Source of the DNA: an uncultured bacterium
GTDB lineage: Bacteria; Acidobacteriota; Vicinamibacteria; Vicinamibacterales; UBA2999
NCBI GenBank assembly: GCA_963923455.1
Contig: CAWULT010000003.1
Coordinates: 15,935 to 79,934, forward strand
DNA length: 64,000 nucleotides
Direction of reading: 5' to 3'
A program made the translations under genes and the position numbers. Shown piece by piece: positions 9,594-22,687 of the stretch; the first letter of the stretch is position 1; the number at the start of each line of letters is the position of its first letter. Under the pieces are notes generated by a model. That model was not told the DNA's origin. It saw nothing but the letters and a program-made list of their open reading frames with translations, and ran no database searches.

Positions 9594-10526
9594 CTACGCG
9601 CGACCCTCCGCAGGCGATCCTGTTTCGCGATGCCGCATGAGCAGAATGAACCCCGCGATGCACGCCAGGGTCAGGACACCACCCAGCCGGATCAGGTTCA
9701 TGACGATGAAACCGTAGCGCCCTGACTCCGGGTTGTAGTGGAAGCAGTAGAGCAGCAGCTCGTCCACGACCGATCCGATCTTGCCCTGACCGGAGTCGAC
9801 GAGGGCGAGGCGAAGCTCCTTCGGCGAGTACTCGATGCCGTAGAAGTAGCGCGAGAGCCGACCCTCCGGCGTCACGACGAGCACGCCGCTGACGTGCGCG
9901 AACTGCTGCGTGGCCTCGTCCCAGCTGTAGCTGAAGCCCGCTGCCGCCGTCACGGCCTTGATCGACGCCTCGCTGCCGGTGAGGAAGTGCCACGCCCCGG
10001 CGCTCTTCTCGGCCGACCAGTAGGCCAGGTGCGCCGCCTTCTTCTCGGCTGCGATGGCGGGCGTGTCACGAGGGTCGAAACTGACGAGCACGACGTCGAA
10101 GTCCTGACCCGGAGTGAACGGGAGCGCCGTGAGCGCACTCGAAATGCCGTTCATCACCTGCGTGCAGAGCATCGGGCACTGGTAGTACACGAAGGCCAGG
10201 ATGGTCGGCCGCTGGCCGAAGTAGTCCCCGAGGTGGACCGTCCGGCCGGCCTCGTCCTTGAACTCCGTGTGCAGCGGCAACTGCGTGTTCAGCTGCTGGC
10301 GAAATGTCGCCTGCCGCAGCGGTGCCGGCATCATCGAGGCACTCTGGTCGCGCTTGACCGGGTCACCCGCATACCGCAGGTAGCTGTCCGGGTACTTGTT
10401 CCGGTTCTGCGCGCTGGCGGTCCGGGCACCGACGGCAAGGCACAGCGCGGCGCACACGACCCCCGTGACGAAGGCGTGGGCCTTCGCCAGAGTCGCTGAC
10501 CGGGTTGCGCTGTGGCCGGTGGACAT
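9594..10526 (-). CDS. SCO1/SenC family copper chaperone (thioredoxin fold), with an extra C-terminal TM helix
   Basis: 310 aa. Has an N-terminal signal/TM, the CxxxC motif YYQCPMLCTQV, a conserved His (FAHVSG), and a C-terminal hydrophobic span LIRLGGVLTLACIAGFILLM. Confidence 0.9.
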   Translation of the reverse strand: MSTGHSATRSATLAKAHAFVTGVVCAALCLAVGARTASAQNRNKYPDSYLRYAGDPVKRDQSASMMPAPLRQATFRQQLNTQLPLHTEFKDEAGRTVHLGDYFGQRPTILAFVYYQCPMLCTQVMNGISSALTALPFTPGQDFDVVLVSFDPRDTPAIAAEKKAAHLAYWSAEKSAGAWHFLTGSEASIKAVTAAAGFSYSWDEATQQFAHVSGVLVVTPEGRLSRYFYGIEYSPKELRLALVDSGQGKIGSVVDELLLYCFHYNPESGRYGFIVMNLIRLGGVLTLACIAGFILLMRHRETGSPAEGRA

Positions 10527-10532
10527 GACCGT

Positions 10533-11027
10533 CTACTGCCTCCGCCGCTCCTCGACACGACCCGAGCTCGAGTCGGTCGGCATCAGGCCGGGCACCTGCG
10601 TCGAGGCGCGCGACGGGAGGCCCCGTTCGACCGTCAGGCGCATGGCCTCCCGGATCGGAATGTGGACCGTGCCGGTCGCCTTGTTTTCCCAGCCGTACGA
10701 GTTCAGCAGCTTCTCCTCTTCCAGGCGGAACTCGTAGAGTTCCCTGGTCGGAAACTGCTGCAGGCGCGGCGCGGGCGGCAGGTGGTACTCCTGCTCGGCC
10801 GACATCGGGTGGCGTCGTTCGACGTTCTCGAGGGCGACGCCGCGGTCGTACATCACCTTGAACAGGCCGGCCAGGCCGATGTGCACGAGGACGGCGGCCA
10901 CCGCCAGCCAGAAGATGAACTTGGCGATGGGCCGGGTGTGCGCGTCCGTGTGCTCGTAGGACGAGCCTGGCGCCGGGAGATATTCGTCGTCCGGCGAGAC
11001 GTGACCCGCGTCGGAGTGGTGTGCCAT
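10533..11027 (-). CDS. Hypothetical single-TM membrane protein embedded in the ACIII-oxidase operon
   Basis: 164 aa from ATG 11027 (MAHHSDAGHVSPDDEY...). The ATG overlaps the actF stop as ATGA. There is one TM (FIFWLAVAAVLVHIGLAGLF) followed by a soluble domain. I recognise no family. Confidence 0.6.
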   Translation of the reverse strand: MAHHSDAGHVSPDDEYLPAPGSSYEHTDAHTRPIAKFIFWLAVAAVLVHIGLAGLFKVMYDRGVALENVERRHPMSAEQEYHLPPAPRLQQFPTRELYEFRLEEEKLLNSYGWENKATGTVHIPIREAMRLTVERGLPSRASTQVPGLMPTDSSSGRVEERRRQ

Positions 11028-12241
11028 CAGTGGCCTCCCGAACTCTGCATGGCCTCGCGCAGGTACGGATCGCGGAACGCGAGGAGCGGCCGCTGCGCCA
11101 GCTGCGTGAGGAACATCCACAACCAGATGCCGCCGATGCCGATGGGCGCCGCCAGATCCAGCCAGTGCACGAAGAATGCGCTCTCGTGCTCACCGTGGAC
11201 CATGTGGAGGTTGGCACCGGTCGACGAGAACTCTGGCGAGACGAGCATGAAGAGGTCGATGAACCGCATCGCGAAGATCCAGCAGGCGATGACGACCAGC
11301 CGGCTCGAGTTGCGCTTGTTGTCGCGCGAGAGCAGGAAGAGGAACGGCGCGGCGAAGTGGAAGACCACCAGGAAGATGGCCAGGTACTGCCAGCCGTGGC
11401 TCGTGCGCGCGATGAAATAGGGAATCTCTTCGACGAGGTTCGCCGCGTAGCCGAGCAGGAACTGGGAGAAGTTGAAGTAGGCCCACAGCATCGTGAAGGC
11501 CAGCGACAGCTTGCCGAGGTCGTGGAAGTGATGCGGCTTGAGCACGTCCGCCATCGGCGCGCGCTTGCTGAGGAACGTGCTGATGACGATCGTGAACGCC
11601 AGCGTCCCCAGGCCCTGGCCGCCCAGCATCAGGAAGCCGAACAGCGTCGAGTACCAGTGCGGGTTGAGCGACATCACCCAGTCGATGCCCGCGAAGGTCA
11701 TCGTCAGGGCGTAGAACACCAACCCGAAGCCAGAGAGACGCTGGATGGTCGTGTTGACCGAGACGTCACCGTCGTCCTGGCGCTTCGAGAGGCGGTTGAT
11801 CGTCATCGCGATGAAGATCCAGCCGCCGAAGTAGATGGCCGCCCGGAGCAGGAAGAAGCCGCTGTTGAGATACGGTGCGCGGTGCCGCAGGATCTCGTCA
11901 CCCGCCACGAGCTCTGGGTTGGTCCAGGGATAGAGGCTGGTCATGCCCAGCACCACGGGCAGGAACAGCACCACCATCAGCGGCAGCGTCCGCGTCGAGG
12001 CTTCGAAGATCCGCCGGAACACACCCCAGGCTCCGCCGGAGAGGTGCTGGATCATCATCAGCCCCATCGAGCCGAGCGTGACGCCGAGCCACAGCAGGAA
12101 ACCGATCAGCCAGGCACGGAAGAAGTGGTCGCGGTCGACGACGAAACCGAGCGCGCAGGCGGCGAGGCCGACCAGGCCGACCGTGAGCGCTCTGCTGCGC
12201 AGTCCGTCGATATCAGCGGGAGGGGTGTAACTCGTGTCCAC
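11027..12241 (-). CDS. actF: Alternative complex III subunit ActF (NrfD/PsrC-like membrane subunit)
   Basis: 404-aa polytopic membrane protein, a paralogue of the ActC-like ORF, at the position after actE in an actABCDEF-ordered cluster. Confidence 0.8.
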   Translation of the reverse strand: MDTSYTPPADIDGLRSRALTVGLVGLAACALGFVVDRDHFFRAWLIGFLLWLGVTLGSMGLMMIQHLSGGAWGVFRRIFEASTRTLPLMVVLFLPVVLGMTSLYPWTNPELVAGDEILRHRAPYLNSGFFLLRAAIYFGGWIFIAMTINRLSKRQDDGDVSVNTTIQRLSGFGLVFYALTMTFAGIDWVMSLNPHWYSTLFGFLMLGGQGLGTLAFTIVISTFLSKRAPMADVLKPHHFHDLGKLSLAFTMLWAYFNFSQFLLGYAANLVEEIPYFIARTSHGWQYLAIFLVVFHFAAPFLFLLSRDNKRNSSRLVVIACWIFAMRFIDLFMLVSPEFSSTGANLHMVHGEHESAFFVHWLDLAAPIGIGGIWLWMFLTQLAQRPLLAFRDPYLREAMQSSGGH

Positions 12242-12243
12242 GT

Positions 12244-12858
12244 CTAATGTCCCTCGGACTCGCGGTTGGCCGCCGTCGCCGGGCGATCGAGTTCGGGCCG
12301 CTTGCCGATCGGCACCTCGTCCAGCGTGGCCCGCTGGCTGAGCTGCAGGGCCCGGATGTAGGCGGCAATGGCCCAGCGGTCGGCCACCGGCACCTGCGCC
12401 GAGTAGTCCTGCATGACCCCGAAGCCGTTCGTCATCACGTCGAAGAAGTAGCCGACCGGCGCGTTGCGCAGTCGCTCGTCGTGGTACGACGGCGGCGCCT
12501 TGAAGCCCCGCTGGACGACCATGCCATTGCCGGCGCCGCTGCGGCCGTGGCAGGGCGCGCAGAACACGTTGAACCGCTCCTGTCCGCGGGCCATCACCGC
12601 GTCCGTGACGGGCATCGGGAACGTCGACGCCAGTTGCCCGTCGACCTTCCCCTGATAGAGGTGCTCGTCCTCCCGGAGGAGGCCGCGCGCCACCGTGTTG
12701 GCGACGAGGGTGCGGGCGCTGCGCCCGTCCGCGTAGAACGTGGTCGCGCGGAGCGGACGGTAGCGCGGGTTGTCGTGCATGTCCTGGCGGCAGCCGGCGA
12801 GCGCCAGCGCCGCAGCCAGGATGGGCAGCGCGCGACGGAAGAAGAGACTACGGCTCAA
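12244..12858 (-). CDS. actE: Alternative complex III subunit ActE (monohaem cytochrome c lipoprotein)
   Basis: 204 aa, with lipobox LALAGC and a single CAPCH haem site. Overlaps the actD end by 11 nt. Confidence 0.85.
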   Translation of the reverse strand: MSRSLFFRRALPILAAALALAGCRQDMHDNPRYRPLRATTFYADGRSARTLVANTVARGLLREDEHLYQGKVDGQLASTFPMPVTDAVMARGQERFNVFCAPCHGRSGAGNGMVVQRGFKAPPSYHDERLRNAPVGYFFDVMTNGFGVMQDYSAQVPVADRWAIAAYIRALQLSQRATLDEVPIGKRPELDRPATAANRESEGH

Positions 12859-13399
12859 CGTCGGAGACTCCTACCGGATGCAGGCCTTCGAGGAACGCCC
12901 GCGTGGTCTGAGGGTCGAACTGCGGGTCGGTGGCTTCGATGCACAGGAAGAACCGGTCGCTCGAGGCCCGTTCGAACGCGGGCACGTTGAAGACCGGGTG
13001 GTACGGCATCGGGAGCTTGTTGAGCGCCCACATGCCGATGAAGCACGAGAGCGCGGCGCCGAGCACCGTGGTCTCGAACGTGACCGGGATGAATTGCGGC
13101 CAGCTGTTCAGCGGACGGCCGCCGATGTTGAAGGGGTAGGCGATGGTGGACGCCCAGTACTCGAGGCTGAACCCGCCGAGGCCGCCCAGCATGCCGCCGA
13201 GCAGGACCAGCCGCGGGAGCCGCGTCCGGCGCAGGCCCAGTGCGTCGTTGAGCTCCTCGATGGGGATCGGCGAGTAGGCGTCCATCTGCCGGTAGCCCTG
13301 CAGACGGGCCCGGTTCGTCGCCTCGACGAGCGCCGTCGGATTGTCGAACTCGGCCATCAGGCCGTGGAGCGTCGGGGTCGTGGTCTCGTGCGACATCAC
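12848..13399 (-). CDS. actD: Alternative complex III subunit ActD (DUF3341-type)
   Basis: 183 aa. N-terminal soluble region LHGLMAEFDNPTALVEATNRARLQGYRQMDAYSPIPIEEL followed by two TMs. Sits between actC and actE. Confidence 0.8.
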   Translation of the reverse strand: MMSHETTTPTLHGLMAEFDNPTALVEATNRARLQGYRQMDAYSPIPIEELNDALGLRRTRLPRLVLLGGMLGGLGGFSLEYWASTIAYPFNIGGRPLNSWPQFIPVTFETTVLGAALSCFIGMWALNKLPMPYHPVFNVPAFERASSDRFFLCIEATDPQFDPQTTRAFLEGLHPVGVSDVEP

Positions 13400-13400
13400 C

Positions 13401-14803
13401 CTACCCGTGGTGTTCCTTCAGCTTGGCCTCCGGCACGATCGTCCGCATTTCGAAGATCGCGATGGCCGGGACGAACCGAACGAACAGGAAGAACAGCGAG
13501 AAGAACAGCCCGATGGTGCCGGCGAACATCGCGAAGTCCCAGCGCGTCGGCGCATACATGTCCCACGACGAGGGCAGGAAGTCGCGGTGCAGACTCGTGA
13601 CGATGATGATGAAGCGCTCGAGCCACATGCCGACGTTCACGAGGAGCGACAGCACGAAGAGGAGCGGAATGTTGTCGCGGACGCTGCGGAACCAGAACAG
13701 CTGAATCATCGCCGCGTTGATGGCGATGAGCGACCAGTAGAAGAATGCGTACGGGCCGGTCATGCGGTTCAGCATCATGTACCCCTCGTAGGGGTTCGCG
13801 CTGTACCAGGCGAAGAAGGCTTCGTTCGCGTAACCGTAGGCGACGATCATCCCGGTGGCCAGCATGACCTTCGTCATGTTGTGGATGTGGCGCATCGTGA
13901 TGAAGTCTTCGAGGCCGTAGAACTTGCGCAACGGGATCGCCAGGGTCATGACCATGGCGAAGCCGGAGTAGATGGCGCCGGCGACGAAGTAGGGCGGGAA
14001 GATCGTGGCGTGCCAGCCTGGCAGCACCGAGACCGCGAAGTCGAAGCTCACCACCGAGTGGACGGAGAGCACGAGCGGCGTCGAGATGCCGGCGAGCAGC
14101 AGATACGCCATCTCGTAGCGCTGCCAGTGCCGGGCGGATCCGCGCCAGCCGAGCGCCACCATGCCGAAGATCCGCTTGGCGACCGGCGACGTGGCCTTGT
14201 CACGCAGCGTGGCCATGTCTGGCACGAGGCCCGTGAACCAGAACAGCGCCGACACCGTGCCGTAGGTCGACACGGCGAACACGTCCCAGATCAGGGGGCT
14301 GCGGAACTGTGGCCAGAGCCCCATCGAGTTCGGATACGGGAACAGCCAGTACACCGCCAGCCACGGGCGGCCGGTGTGGAGCAGCGGGAACATGGCCGCA
14401 CAGGCGACCGCGAAGAGCGTCATCGCCTCGGCGAATCGGTTGATCGAGGTGCGCCACTGCTGCCGGAAGAGCAGCAGGATCGCCGAGATCAACGTGCCGG
14501 CGTGGCCGATACCGATCCACCAGACGAAGTTGATGATATCGAACGCCCAGCCGACCGGGACGTTGTTCCCCCAGATGCCGATGCCCTCCATCAGGAGCTT
14601 CCCGATGGTCAGGTTCAGCAGCATCAGCAGGGAGAACGCCAGCGCGAAACCGAAGAACCAGCCCAGGGTGGTGCGCTTCGTCAGCACGACGCCGGCGATC
14701 GAGTCGGTGACCGACTCGAACGTGTGACCGGGGGCGATGACCGCCGGCGTCCGCTGCAGCAGGGCGGCTTCGGCCGGATCCTGCACGTGTTCTTTGGCGG
14801 CCA

Positions 14804-14804
<1 letters not shown>
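13401..14804 (-). CDS. actC: Alternative complex III subunit ActC (NrfD/PsrC-like quinol-interacting membrane subunit)
   Basis: 467 aa from ATG 14804 (MAAKEHVQDP...), polytopic. The ATG shares 1 nt with the actB TAA stop. The 699-aa ORF-track version is an extension into actB. Confidence 0.88.
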
Positions 14805-17935
<3,131 letters not shown>

Positions 17936-17942
17936 GTGAGGC

Positions 17943-18593
17943 TCACCGATGGCACGTCGAGCAACTGGTATTGCCTCGAATCCCGTACTCTTTCACGAGC
18001 TGTGCTCCGATCACCGACTGCGGCACGGGGGGCTTGTAGCCCATCGTGACCACCTCACTCCGCGGCCTGACGTATTTCTCCGGATTGCGATGGCAGTCGA
18101 GGCACCACGTCATCTGGAGCGTGTTCTGCTGGCGCATGAGCGGCATCTGATCCACCCGCCCGTGACAGGTCTCGCAGCCCATCCCCTTTTTGACGTGGAT
18201 GCTGTGGTTAAAGTAGACGAAGTCCGGCAAGTCGTGAACCCTTACCCAGCGGAGTGGGCGGTCGTCACGAAAGCTGGCCCGGACGGGCTCCAGGATCGGG
18301 GCCTGGTTCCACAACTGCGAGTGGCAGTTCATGCACGTCTTCGTGGGGGGAATGCCCGCAAACGAAGACGTCTCCACCGACGTGTGGCAATAACGGCAGT
18401 CGATGCCGTCGTCACCGACGTGGTGAAGGTGGCTGAACTGGATCGGTTGCTCGATGAATTCGTTGGCTCGGGTGACGTATGACGACCGCCCGATTACCAT
18501 CACGAGCCCGATCAGGCCCCCCACCAAGAGCAGCACGGCGCCAAGACTCGCCTTGGAGAGGAAGTTTGCGCTGCGATCGAAGATCTGCGACAT
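17943..18593 (-). CDS. actA: Alternative complex III subunit ActA (pentahaem cytochrome c)
   Basis: 216 aa, N-terminal TM anchor, and five CxxCH sites (CRYCH, CMNCH, CETCH, CLDCH, CSTCH). First gene of the cluster. Confidence 0.9.
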   Translation of the reverse strand: MSQIFDRSANFLSKASLGAVLLLVGGLIGLVMVIGRSSYVTRANEFIEQPIQFSHLHHVGDDGIDCRYCHTSVETSSFAGIPPTKTCMNCHSQLWNQAPILEPVRASFRDDRPLRWVRVHDLPDFVYFNHSIHVKKGMGCETCHGRVDQMPLMRQQNTLQMTWCLDCHRNPEKYVRPRSEVVTMGYKPPVPQSVIGAQLVKEYGIRGNTSCSTCHR

Positions 18594-18861
18594 CGGATGC
18601 TTGAGAGAGCCGGCGCGCCCGCACGACTGAGCAGGCCCGCGTCATGGGTGCCCGGTCTGTTCGCGGAACAAGTCCCTTGTCGGGTGAACTACCCGCGTGA
18701 TCAAACAGGGCTTGTACCACGGTTGTGAAGAAAGGATCAAGCGCCGTGGTTGGTCGGCTTTTGGGCGGCTGGATTCAGAGCGACCGACCTGGCCCTCGGT
18801 CGGCTACAATCCGCCTGTTCGCCTCGAAATGCTCCCGAAAACCGATGGACGCCTCGACACG

Positions 18862-19308
18862 ATGAGCGACCGCAAGTACCGCCAGCGCGGATACCAGGAC
18901 GATGACCGGAACCGGGAACCGCGCCCGGCTCCAGCCAAGCCCGCCCGGGAGCCAGGTGCCCCTGCGGGCGCCCGGCGAATCTCCCAGGAGGGCCCCAAGA
19001 ACATCAACATGCCGGGGTTCCGACAGGTATTTCGCTGCGCGCAGTGCGGCACCCTGGTGGCGCAGCCGGTCGAGCCCGCCAGCCGCTGTCTGCGCTGCGG
19101 CACGGACCTTCACGCCTGCGCCCAGTGCCTCTCGTTCGACCCTGGCAGCCGATTCGAGTGCATGCAGCCGCTGACGGCCAGGGTCTCGCCGAAGAACGTC
19201 CGGAACGCCTGTACGTTGTTCGCGCCGCGGATGGCCGTCGAGCGCGAGACCACCACGCCGAAGACCGATACCGCGCGGAAAGCCTTCGACGACCTGTTCA
19301 ACTTCTGA
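18862..19308 (+). CDS. Hypothetical Cys-rich zinc-ribbon protein
   Basis: 148 aa from ATG 18862 (MSDRKYRQRGYQDDDRNREP...). The N-terminus is basic and disordered, followed by CAQC...CLRC...CAQC plus two further Cys. An alternative upstream start exists at 18829 or 18697 in the same frame. Confidence 0.5.
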   Translation: MSDRKYRQRGYQDDDRNREPRPAPAKPAREPGAPAGARRISQEGPKNINMPGFRQVFRCAQCGTLVAQPVEPASRCLRCGTDLHACAQCLSFDPGSRFECMQPLTARVSPKNVRNACTLFAPRMAVERETTTPKTDTARKAFDDLFNF

Positions 19309-19335
19309 CCATCACCCCTCGGCGATAATCACGAG

Positions 19336-20010
19336 ATGGCGTTACTGTCCGAACAGGATCGGCGGGTTGTCCAGTCGCACCTGGCCAAGGTCTCTCACAA
19401 GGTGACCCTGCTGTTCTTCACGCAGACCTTCGGCGCCCCGGAGACCGTCCTGATCACGCACCAGGTGCTCGGCGAGCTCGCCTCGCTCAGCGAGCACCTG
19501 AGCGTCGAGGAGGTGAACTTCGTCCTCGACAAGGACCGGGCCGCACAATACGGGGTGAGCGACATCCCGGCCGTGGTGCTGCTCAGGGACGGCGCCGACA
19601 CCCGCATGCGGTTCCTCGGAGCGCCCGCCGGATACGAGTTCATGTCGCTCGTCGAGGCCGTCGTCCTGGCGGGCACCGACGACTCGGGCCTGTCCGACGC
19701 GAGCAAGGCGCTCGTGGCCGGCGTCACCACCCCCATCGACATCCAGGTCTTCGTGACGCCGACCTGTCCGCACTGCCCGCGCGCCGTCACGCTTGCGCAC
19801 CGGATGGCGGTGGAGAGTCCGCTGATCCACGCGACGTGCGTCGAAGCCACCGAGTTTCCAGAGCTGTCGAGAAAGTTCCGGGTCACCGGCGTGCCGAAGA
19901 CCGTCGCCAACGGCGTCGAGCTGCTGGGCGCCCTGCCGGAGGACGTCTTCGTCACCTCGATCGTGCGTCCCGCGGAGCCCCCCGATTCCGTCCCAGCGGC
20001 ATCGTCATAA
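19336..20010 (+). CDS. Thioredoxin-fold protein, glutaredoxin-like / protein disulfide oxidoreductase (PDO)-like two-domain type
   Basis: 224 aa. The second unit has the active site TPTCPHCP and GVPKTV (cis-Pro loop). The first unit has the fold pattern but no CxxC (FTQTFGAPET). Confidence 0.75.
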   Translation: MALLSEQDRRVVQSHLAKVSHKVTLLFFTQTFGAPETVLITHQVLGELASLSEHLSVEEVNFVLDKDRAAQYGVSDIPAVVLLRDGADTRMRFLGAPAGYEFMSLVEAVVLAGTDDSGLSDASKALVAGVTTPIDIQVFVTPTCPHCPRAVTLAHRMAVESPLIHATCVEATEFPELSRKFRVTGVPKTVANGVELLGALPEDVFVTSIVRPAEPPDSVPAASS

Positions 20011-20028
20011 CGCGGTCAGGAGGAGAGC

Positions 20029-20826
20029 ATGAACGTTCCCACTCGCCGTGTGTTCGTGAAAGCGGGGCTTTCGGCTGTCGTGGCCGCGGCCGCCACGCCG
20101 TGGTCCGTGCTGGCGGCCGATCCCGTGCTCGGGATGATCTTTCCGCCCCTCGACTATCCGGTGCCGCCCGAAGCGACGCGCCTGTACCCGGCGGGCGTCA
20201 GGTTCCTGGCTCGCGGCGTGGGCCTGGAGGCGATGACGCCCGAGAGCTACGACGCGGCGATTCCTCGCGTGCTGCCGGCCGCCGAGTCGCTGAAGCGCGA
20301 GGGCGCACAGGCGATCTCCGTCATGGGCACGTCGTTGACGTTCTACAAGGGGCGGGCGTTCAACGAAGCGCTCACGCAGCAAGTCGCCAAGGCGACCGGC
20401 CTGCCCACCACGACGATGAGCACGGGCATCGTCGACGGCCTGCGCCTGGCGGGGGCGCGACGCCTGGCCGTGGTGACGGCGTACAGCGACGACGTCACCG
20501 CCCGCCTGTCGGCGTTCCTCGAGGAGTACGGCTTCTCCGTCGTCGCCGCCAAGGGACTCGGCTACGTACAGATCCCGCCCGGCGGCATCATCAAGGACGA
20601 CAGCCTCTTCAACTTCAGCGTCGGTGTGTTCGAGAGTGCCAGAGGCGCGGATACGCTCCTGGTGTCCTGCGGCGGCCTGCAGACGCTCGACATGATCGTC
20701 CCGCTCGAGACGCGGTGCCGCGTGCCCGTCGTGTCGAGTACGCCTCACGCGCTGATGAACGGCGTCCGACTGCTGGGACTGAGCGGTCGCGCTGCTGGAT
20801 TTGGGCGCGTGCTCGCCAACGCGTAG
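20029..20826 (+). CDS. Asp/Glu-racemase superfamily protein, arylmalonate decarboxylase / maleate isomerase-like, with Tat signal peptide
   Basis: 265 aa. N-terminal TRRVFVK twin-arginine motif, then a hydrophobic stretch and VLA-A. Contains the blocks VMGTSLTFY and LLVSCGGLQTL. Confidence 0.75.
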   Translation: MNVPTRRVFVKAGLSAVVAAAATPWSVLAADPVLGMIFPPLDYPVPPEATRLYPAGVRFLARGVGLEAMTPESYDAAIPRVLPAAESLKREGAQAISVMGTSLTFYKGRAFNEALTQQVAKATGLPTTTMSTGIVDGLRLAGARRLAVVTAYSDDVTARLSAFLEEYGFSVVAAKGLGYVQIPPGGIIKDDSLFNFSVGVFESARGADTLLVSCGGLQTLDMIVPLETRCRVPVVSSTPHALMNGVRLLGLSGRAAGFGRVLANA

Positions 20827-20877
20827 GGCTGCGGCCACACGCGGCACCGGCGCCGGGTGGCGCGGATGCGGCGTGAG

Positions 20878-20967
<90 letters not shown>

Positions 20968-21000
20968 GACTGTTCCAGGCCGGACCCGGCCAGCCCGACC

Positions 21001-22287
21001 CTACCGCGCGGTGATGACCTCCTGCCCGCCCATGAACGGGCGAAGCGCCTCTGGGACCGCCACCGAGCCATCCGCCTGCTGGTAGTTCTCCAGAATGGCG
21101 ATGAGCGTGCGCCCGACAGCGAGCCCCGATCCGTTCAGCGTGTGCACGAAGTCGGCCTTGCCGCCGGCCTGCGGTCGGTACCGCACGTTGGCCCGTCGCG
21201 CCTGAAACGCCTCGGTGTTGCTGCAGGACGAGATCTCCCGGAACGAGTCCTGGCCGGGCAGCCAGACCTCGATGTCGTACGTCTTGGCCGACGCGAAACC
21301 CATGTCGCCGGTGCACAGCAACATCGTCCGATAGGGGAGCTCGAGCCGCTTGAGCACTTCTTCGGCGCAGCGCGTCAGGCGCTCCAGTTCGTCGTAGGAC
21401 TGCCCGGGCGTCGTAAACGCCATGAGCTCGACCTTGTCGAACTGGTGCTGCCGGATGAGCCCCCGCACGTCGGCCCCATAGGACCCGGCCTCGCTGCGGA
21501 AGCAAGGCGTATAGGCGGTGTAGCGAATCGGCAGCGACGGGGCCTCGACGATTTCGCCCCTGTGCATGTTCGTCAGCGGAACTTCCGCCGTCGGCACCAT
21601 GTACAGATCCCAGTCGCCCGCAATCTTGAACAGGTCGGCCTCGAACTTCGGCAGGTTTCCGGTTCCCGTCAACGATGCGGTGTTCGCCATGAATGGCGGT
21701 TCGACTTCGGTGTAGCCGTGCTCCGTTGTATGGAGCTGCAACATGAAGTTGATGAGCGCCCGCGCGAGCTTCGCGCCGGCACCGACCAGCACCGAGAACC
21801 TGGCGCCGGCGATCTTGGTGCCTCGCTCGAAGTCGATGATCCCGAGCGCGGGCCCGAGATCCCAGTGAGCCTGCGGAGTGAAACCGAAGGTGCGTGGCGA
21901 GCCGTGCCGGCGCACTTCGACGTTGTCCGCGGCGCTGCGCCCGACGGGTACGCTCGCGTGCGGCACGTTTGGAAGGATCTGCAGCCCCCGGAGCCGCTCC
22001 TCTTCGAGCGTGGCCAGCGCTGCGTCCTTGGCCTTGATCGACTGGGCGCGCTGCCGATTCTGCTCCTGCAGCGCCGTGGTGTCCTGGCCCTGGCGTTTGG
22101 CACGTGCGACCTGCTCCGCCGCGCTGTTCTGGTCGCGCTTCAGTCCCTCGAGCTCGGGCAACAGCCGGCGTCGCTCGGCCTCGATGGCGACCAGCGCATC
22201 CAGCTCGGCAGAGAGGTCGGCGCCACGGTTCCGAAGGGCCGTTCGGACACGGTCCAAGTCATCGCGAAGAAGGGCAGGATCCAGCAC
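21001..22287 (-). CDS. serS: Serine--tRNA ligase
   Basis: 428 aa. N-terminal coiled-coil arm ([22 protein letters not shown]...) and a class II core ending ...[30 protein letters not shown]. Confidence 0.96.
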   Translation of the reverse strand: MLDPALLRDDLDRVRTALRNRGADLSAELDALVAIEAERRRLLPELEGLKRDQNSAAEQVARAKRQGQDTTALQEQNRQRAQSIKAKDAALATLEEERLRGLQILPNVPHASVPVGRSAADNVEVRRHGSPRTFGFTPQAHWDLGPALGIIDFERGTKIAGARFSVLVGAGAKLARALINFMLQLHTTEHGYTEVEPPFMANTASLTGTGNLPKFEADLFKIAGDWDLYMVPTAEVPLTNMHRGEIVEAPSLPIRYTAYTPCFRSEAGSYGADVRGLIRQHQFDKVELMAFTTPGQSYDELERLTRCAEEVLKRLELPYRTMLLCTGDMGFASAKTYDIEVWLPGQDSFREISSCSNTEAFQARRANVRYRPQAGGKADFVHTLNGSGLAVGRTLIAILENYQQADGSVAVPEALRPFMGGQEVITAR

Positions 22288-22375
22288 GGTCCGATTCTAC
22301 CCGGGATGCGTGCTTGCCGACGCGGCCGACAGCGACACCGTGCGGCCCCCCGAAGCGCCGGGCGCGACCCCGGGG

Positions 22376-22684
22376 TCAGTCCTTGGACGGCGCTGGGGTC
22401 GACGCGGGCGCGGGCGCAGCCGCCGAGTCGGACTTGGAGCCTTCGACGGGCTCCGCCTTCGACTTCGTCTTCGACGACGAGGACTCGCTGGAGGCCTTGC
22501 CCTTGTCTGAATAGTCGGTGATGTACCAGCCGGTGCCCTTGAACTGGATCGCGGGCGACGACGCTTGCCGGTGCACCGGGCCCTTGCCGCAGTGGCGGCA
22601 AGCGTCGACCGGGCCGTCGGAGAACTTCTGGATGACTTCGAAACGCCTTCCGCAGGCGTCGCAGAGGTATTCGTACAGCGGCAT
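22376..22684 (-). CDS. FmdB-family putative regulatory zinc-ribbon protein (CxxC_CxxC_SSSS)
   Basis: 102 aa, MPLYEYLCDACGRRFEVIQKFSDGPVDACRHCG..., followed by a Ser/Lys/Ala/Pro-rich tail. Starts 3 nt after the DUF885 stop. Confidence 0.85.
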   Translation of the reverse strand: MPLYEYLCDACGRRFEVIQKFSDGPVDACRHCGKGPVHRQASSPAIQFKGTGWYITDYSDKGKASSESSSSKTKSKAEPVEGSKSDSAAAPAPASTPAPSKD

Positions 22685-22687
22685 CAG

